In this document: one piece after another, positions 59,101 through 64,000 of the stretch
Layout: each line of letters opens with the position of its first letter
Numbering within the stretch: the stretch's first letter is position 1
DNA from: an uncultured Verrucomicrobiae bacterium
Lineage (GTDB): Bacteria; Verrucomicrobiota; Verrucomicrobiia; Chthoniobacterales; JAFAMB01
Reading direction: 5' to 3'
Assembly: GCA_963837955.1 (NCBI GenBank)
Contig: CAWIPH010000002.1
Location: 512,001 to 576,000 of the forward strand
DNA length: 64,000 bases
Notes under the pieces: model-generated
The model's database searches: none
The model's input: the letters and a program-made list of their open reading frames with translations, nothing else
What the model was told of the DNA's origin: nothing
Made by a program: the position numbers and the translations under genes

Positions 59101-59922
59101 TTACAGCAATTCTAGCGAGAAATCGACGGCTGAAGCCGAATGCGTCAGCTGCCCGACCGAAATAAAGTCGACACCGGTTTCCGCTATGGCCCGAATCGTC
59201 CGGAGGTTGACTCCTCCGCTCGCTTCAAATCTTAAGCCAGGACGGCGAAGGCCGATGCATGCCCGCATCTCGTCGGGAGCCATATTATCGAGGAGAATGA
59301 CATCCACCTCGGGGAATCGTACAAAATCGCGCACTTGTGCCAGCGAATCCGCCTCGAGTTCTATCAAAATATCGGGATGCTGCTTCCGCAAAGCTTGAAT
59401 CGCAGCGGGCAGATCCGGTTTGGCCAGCAAATGGTTATCCTTAACCATGACCGCATCGAAGAGTCCCATGCGATGATTAGTTCCACCGCCTGCCGCGACG
59501 GCCTCCTTTTCCAGCTTTCGCAGACCCGGTGTTGTCTTCCGAGTGTCCAGAATCTTAGCTCCAGTTCCTTTGACTGCTTCCACGAACGATCGGGTCAACG
59601 TGGCGACTCCCGACAATCGTTGCAGGAAATTCAAGGCGACCCGCTCGGCCGTCAGAATCGAGCGGGTATGCCCGGAGATATGAAGAATAGTATCTCCTGG
59701 GTTAACCTCGGCGCTATCGGGCTGGGCGATCTCGACCAGGAGACTCGGATCGACTTGCTGGAAAGCCGATTTCGCCGCCTCGGTTCCGGCGACGATGGCC
59801 GTCTGTTTTGCCAAAATTCGGGCCTGGGACTGGTGAGTCTCTGGGATGAAAAACCTGGAAGTGAGATCGCCGGCGCCAACATCTTCGGCTAGCGCTACAG
59901 CCACGGGGTCAACGGAAGCCAC
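59101..59922 (-). CDS. nadC: Quinolinate phosphoribosyltransferase
   Basis: ERVALNFL, DTRKTTPG, NHRMGL.D..M.KDNH, LLDN, EASGG. Confidence 0.97.
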   Translation of the reverse strand: MASVDPVAVALAEDVGAGDLTSRFFIPETHQSQARILAKQTAIVAGTEAAKSAFQQVDPSLLVEIAQPDSAEVNPGDTILHISGHTRSILTAERVALNFLQRLSGVATLTRSFVEAVKGTGAKILDTRKTTPGLRKLEKEAVAAGGGTNHRMGLFDAVMVKDNHLLAKPDLPAAIQALRKQHPDILIELEADSLAQVRDFVRFPEVDVILLDNMAPDEMRACIGLRRPGLRFEASGGVNLRTIRAIAETGVDFISVGQLTHSASAVDFSLELL

Positions 59923-60060
59923 GGGTGGGAGCGTAGTCTGGATTCGCCAAATCTCAAATGGGCGTAAGAGCGGATTTCTTCCGTAATCGTCTGCACTCTT
60001 AGAAACAAATAAATTAATAGTTGTGTTATAGAAAATAACATCTTATAAGAAGGTTGTGTT

Positions 60061-60402
60061 ATGAAGACACCTCTTAAACAACCCAAGCATCAGCTGCTAT
60101 ATGCATGGATAAAATTGTCTACCCTTCTGCTTGTGGCTTCGATGATGTGGACCTCGGCCTACGCGCAGACCGGTTTAGACACATTTATCAACCCTCTAAA
60201 GCAGGGATTGAATCTGATCGTTGTTTTCGGGTTTATCGCCGGTTGCGTCATGGTTATCGGAGGTTTTCTAAATGCACGCCGGGACGAGAACTGGAAAATG
60301 ACGGTCATCTATGGAATCGGCGTCGCTGGGGCGGTGGCATTGATGAAGGCTCTCTTCACAATTTTCGGCGGCACCGCCGCTAACACGGTTAATGGTTTCT
60401 AG
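60061..60402 (+). CDS. VirB2/TrbC-like pilin
   Basis: Leader ending AYA-Q, two TM helices; first gene of the operon with a VirB4 homolog. Confidence 0.65.
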   Translation: MKTPLKQPKHQLLYAWIKLSTLLLVASMMWTSAYAQTGLDTFINPLKQGLNLIVVFGFIAGCVMVIGGFLNARRDENWKMTVIYGIGVAGAVALMKALFTIFGGTAANTVNGF

Positions 60403-60429
60403 CGCCTGAAGAGAGGTATTGGAGCTGAT

Positions 60430-60768
60430 ATGAGCGAGGTTCTCATATACACAGATAGCCGCCCTCGAGCAAAGTCGACTGGGCACGCGTTCGGGTTTGA
60501 GGGAAATCTTGGGATGGGGGTAATCATCGCGGGGATGATCTCGGTTTTCATCTTGACTATGATGCTGCAAACCGGGAATCCGATGCCACTCCCTTGGAAA
60601 TTCGCGTTCGCTTCGTTGCCGACGTTGCTGACGACCGGCTACATCAGCCTACTTCGAAACAAGAAGCCTCCGCGCTTTGATTTGGATCTTCTGATCACTG
60701 TTGTCAATGGCCCCACGTTTCAACCCGCGCGAGTGCAGCCGCGCCATCCCTTCCTTCCGCTTAAATGA
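60430..60768 (+). CDS. VirB3-like small membrane protein
   Basis: Two TM helices; stop overlaps the VirB4 start (ATGA). Confidence 0.6.
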   Translation: MSEVLIYTDSRPRAKSTGHAFGFEGNLGMGVIIAGMISVFILTMMLQTGNPMPLPWKFAFASLPTLLTTGYISLLRNKKPPRFDLDLLITVVNGPTFQPARVQPRHPFLPLK

Positions 60769-63614
60769 TCTCCACCCTCCTCGGCGTCTGTGATTCGATC
60801 GTTGGCCTTGCGACTCGTAAGGGAAGAGGACCTGCCTCTCGGATTTCTCGAATCGGCATGCCGAATGGATTCTTTCTCAATGATCTGCTGTGGTTCGGTG
60901 ACGGCGCGACGAAAAAGACGGCTGTCTCGCGCGGGTTCATGGTCGAACCGGGTGAAATGACGGGCTTTAGCATCGGGCAGCTGAACGACTTGCACGAGCG
61001 CTTGCGCGTTCTCCTTGGTATGCTCGGGCAAGAGTACCAACTGCAAATCCAATGGAGCATCGACAGCGATTACCGGCATGAGCTCGAAGAATACCATAAA
61101 GAGACCCTTCAGCTGCGCAGGCGAGATCCAGTATATGGCCAGTTTGGTGTGTTAGTTCGTGCCGAGCGGTATGAGCGGTACAAAGCTGCCATGCAAGAAG
61201 GCAGACTGCGTCGAGAGCGTCTAACGCTCTTCTTTACGCGGGTTATCGACACGAAAGTGCCCGTCTTTGCTCAACAAGCTATCGCCGAATACTTCGATAC
61301 TTTATCGCGGAAGGAAAGTTTGGGTCTTCAAGATTTTGTCTTGAACGCACTTTCCCGCCTTTTCGCAGATTGCCGGATTACTCCGATGCGAGACGAAGAT
61401 CACTTCCTCTTTTACTACCGATTTTTGCATACGAATCTCGGGATGACTGAGGTCGACCCGCTAGAGATATTCGATCCGGCTTATTCGATTCAGCAAAATT
61501 GCCTGCACTCCGAAGGGATCGGCACCCCGAAGATTCCAGCCGTTTCCTTCTCACTTGACTGTTATCATCACGCCATTTTTGCCGTCCGCCAATGGCCTCG
61601 TCGAACGTTTCCCGGAATCATCTCAGCGCTTACGACCATGGGATTCCAAGAATACAGCATCACCATGAATATCTATCCGAAACGGATCGATAAGGTGATT
61701 GAAAACGAGGAAAGGAACATTCAGCGATTGCAGATCGACGCGATGTCGGAGCGGAAACAATCACTCGCTACCGACATGGCAGCAAAGCAGGATAAGGTGA
61801 ACGAGCTGCAACAAGGGCGAGTGATTCCGCTCGACTGTCTATACGTTGTTCGGCTCTGGCATCGCGATCCAGAGGTGTTGGCAGCCCGTTGTGCCTCACT
61901 GAAGAATGCCTTCACCGCGATGGGCGGAGCGTCCATTCACCACGCGACTATCCCGGAAAATGCTCGTCAATTATTCTATCAAACCTGGCCCGGATGGACA
62001 TATGGGATCTACCGAGCATTCGATATTCCTGCTGAAGATTCTTATCTCGCTGACTTAATTCCTTGGTCGGCTACATTCACCGGTCATCTCGACAAGGCGG
62101 AAGCCATTTATAATGGTGCGCGGGGTAACCTGGTTGGGATTAGAACTCGCATCGGTAATACTCCACAGCATGGTGTTCTCTTCGGCATGACTGGTGCGGG
62201 TAAGTCGGTGATTATCGGCGATCTCTTAGCTCAAATTGGTCATCGTTTCGGCTTCAGACTCATCGTTGAGGAAGGGCTCTCACACGGTGTTCTGACCCAG
62301 ACGCAAGGTTGCGAGCCGATCATCGTGAACCCCAACGGGAACATCACGATCAACTACCTGGACACCGGCGGCACTCCTTTGTCTCCCCTGCATCTCGCGT
62401 TTAGTGCCGGTCTCTGCATGCTGTTTTGTGGCAATGAAGGTTTGGACGGGGAGCGTAAAGCAATTCGCCACGCGATGTTAGTAGAGAATTTGCAGCAGCT
62501 TTACACGGATGTCTTTAACGATTGGATCGTTGCTAACGAGCAGGCTGCGGAAGAGCTCCGGTGGTTAGCCTGCGCAATCGAACGATATCTGCGGACCAAA
62601 ATGAAGAGTTCGCAATTCAATTTTGTCGATGCGTTTGCTGCTTTCCGTGACTGGGAAGTGCGGAACCCCGATGAAGCGCAGTCCTTGATGCAAGGACTGG
62701 GGGAGCAGGCGGTGGCAGAGTTCGCTAAGAACCCTGCCACCGCTAATCTGGTACGCGATCTGGCATTTGCCTATTTTTCCCCGGAGCAATTTCCCAGTCA
62801 CAGTGCACTCGTTGAGCAGCTTCTATATAACCCGCGCGGGGGAGCACGGGAACGAGAGGAGAGCGATCGAGTTGGTAAACTTCTCAAGGCGTGGGGTCGC
62901 GATGGCGAACGCGGTAAACTGTTCGATGGCGTTAGCAACGTCCGAATTGACGGCAGGGTAGCTCATTTCGAACTAGGTCAGATCCCGGAGCATGCTACCG
63001 AAATGCGAGCGGCGGCAAACTTTCTGGTCGCTAACTATGGCCGTCAAAAGATTATCTCGATGCCGCGGGCGATACCAAAGATAGCAATTTTCGAAGAGGC
63101 GGCGAGGACACTCGATATCCCGGGCGGAGTGAGAATGATCCAAGAGTACTACCGCCAGATGAGAAAGTTTGGCTGTAACATACTAGCTGTCGTGCAGCAG
63201 TACGATATTATTAAAGATTCACCGGTACGCGGTGCCATGATCGGCAACTCGAAGATGTTCCTGATCACCGCGCAACAGAGTCGGGAGGATGCCTTCGAAT
63301 TAGGAGAGGCCTTAGGCCTTTCCCCAAAAACAGTAGATACTGTTAACAACTACCCGCTTCCGGAGCTGATGGATCCTTCGGACCGTTTCAGCGCTTTTAC
63401 GTACGTGGCTAATGACAAAATCCGACGTTTGGTCGGTACCGTGAAGAACGTGGCGTCACGCGAATTGCTTTACGCTGCTTCGAGTGACAACGAGACCTTC
63501 GACGAACGAACAGCTTGTCTTGCTACTTACAAAAACATTGTCGCTGGGATTATGCATGAATCCGAGAAGATTTCGTGCGCAACGGAAGTATCTGCAACGG
63601 AGCCAATCTTTTGA
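60765..63614 (+). CDS. virB4: VirB4/TraC-family type IV secretion ATPase
   Basis: 949 aa; Walker A GMTGAGKS, Walker B IFEEA, RQMRKFG, VVQQ. Confidence 0.85.
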   Translation: MISTLLGVCDSIVGLATRKGRGPASRISRIGMPNGFFLNDLLWFGDGATKKTAVSRGFMVEPGEMTGFSIGQLNDLHERLRVLLGMLGQEYQLQIQWSIDSDYRHELEEYHKETLQLRRRDPVYGQFGVLVRAERYERYKAAMQEGRLRRERLTLFFTRVIDTKVPVFAQQAIAEYFDTLSRKESLGLQDFVLNALSRLFADCRITPMRDEDHFLFYYRFLHTNLGMTEVDPLEIFDPAYSIQQNCLHSEGIGTPKIPAVSFSLDCYHHAIFAVRQWPRRTFPGIISALTTMGFQEYSITMNIYPKRIDKVIENEERNIQRLQIDAMSERKQSLATDMAAKQDKVNELQQGRVIPLDCLYVVRLWHRDPEVLAARCASLKNAFTAMGGASIHHATIPENARQLFYQTWPGWTYGIYRAFDIPAEDSYLADLIPWSATFTGHLDKAEAIYNGARGNLVGIRTRIGNTPQHGVLFGMTGAGKSVIIGDLLAQIGHRFGFRLIVEEGLSHGVLTQTQGCEPIIVNPNGNITINYLDTGGTPLSPLHLAFSAGLCMLFCGNEGLDGERKAIRHAMLVENLQQLYTDVFNDWIVANEQAAEELRWLACAIERYLRTKMKSSQFNFVDAFAAFRDWEVRNPDEAQSLMQGLGEQAVAEFAKNPATANLVRDLAFAYFSPEQFPSHSALVEQLLYNPRGGAREREESDRVGKLLKAWGRDGERGKLFDGVSNVRIDGRVAHFELGQIPEHATEMRAAANFLVANYGRQKIISMPRAIPKIAIFEEAARTLDIPGGVRMIQEYYRQMRKFGCNILAVVQQYDIIKDSPVRGAMIGNSKMFLITAQQSREDAFELGEALGLSPKTVDTVNNYPLPELMDPSDRFSAFTYVANDKIRRLVGTVKNVASRELLYAASSDNETFDERTACLATYKNIVAGIMHESEKISCATEVSATEPIF

Positions 63615-63973
63615 AAAGGCCGGGAATCATCCTCTGTTTTCTGATTGCCGGCTGTACAGTTGGTCCGACTGTTCCGAAAGGGCAGATCACGATGCAGGGT
63701 CGCGGTTCCGAGGCTTTGACTAATCAAGGCGATCCACTAATGGCGAGCGGAACTGATGAACGGAAGGTCCCAATCGATTTCGCAAAAGGCTATGCCAAAG
63801 GTATCTCCGACCAGGTGAAACGAAACTATTGGGCACAGCAGGAGAACCAGCGAAATCCTCAAGATGATAATCAGGGCAAGATTCGCTATTACAATGCAAC
63901 CATACCAGAGCACCAAGACCCGAGCGGAGTGGTACGGGTCCAACGCGAGGTAGTTATCCCGATCGTTGAATGA
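63575..63973 (+). CDS. Putative T4SS-associated lipoprotein
   Basis: Lipobox LIAGC; overlaps the virB4 end. Confidence 0.65.
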   Translation: MRNGSICNGANLLKRPGIILCFLIAGCTVGPTVPKGQITMQGRGSEALTNQGDPLMASGTDERKVPIDFAKGYAKGISDQVKRNYWAQQENQRNPQDDNQGKIRYYNATIPEHQDPSGVVRVQREVVIPIVE

Positions 63974-64000
63974 AAACTAAAGTATTACAGTGGGCTCTTG
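63970..64000 (+). CDS. Start of the next operon gene (truncated by the window edge)
   Basis: ATGA overlap; MKTKVLQWAL signal-like start. Confidence 0.45.
   Translation, partial: MKTKVLQWAL

Noticed and set aside
58402..59398. ORFs 58402-59010 (-) and 58697-59398 (+)
   Set aside because: R/S/P-rich shadow-like composition, no motifs, and they overlap real genes.

Overview
A 64-kb bacterial chromosome segment, probably from a soil verrucomicrobium (Spartobacteria/Chthoniobacterales-like). That taxonomy is an inference from gene content and the style of intergenic repeats. About 1-27 kb is mostly core genes (rlmI-like, gatC, gatA, acs, glnB, purN, heptose adenylyltransferase, M29 aminopeptidase, rpe, tadA, fabD). 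It also holds a TetR/MBL/oxidoreductase block, a stand-alone toxin-immunity-like pair and several families of short repeats. About 27.3-57.7 kb is an accretion zone around a tRNA-Ser(TGA) gene (56821-56908). The promoter plus 5' half of that tRNA is present in two extra copies (27191-27362 decayed, 37036-37149 near-perfect), and a 3' fragment lies at 57676-57703. These copies delimit stacked islands with no visible integrase. The islands carry duplicated YVTN beta-propellers, detoxification and sugar-uptake genes, an ECF sigma/YCII module and many gene remnants. Two cargo blocks are each bracketed by 120-125-bp direct duplications and contain ends of the same small inverted-repeat element (TAGGGGTCAGTCAACAAATCTTGACA), which appears linked to a Y1/RAYT-type transposase remnant. 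The window ends with a sensor-less histidine kinase, nadC and the start of a VirB2/VirB3/VirB4-like type IV secretion operon. All family assignments are by eye from motifs; no database search was run.
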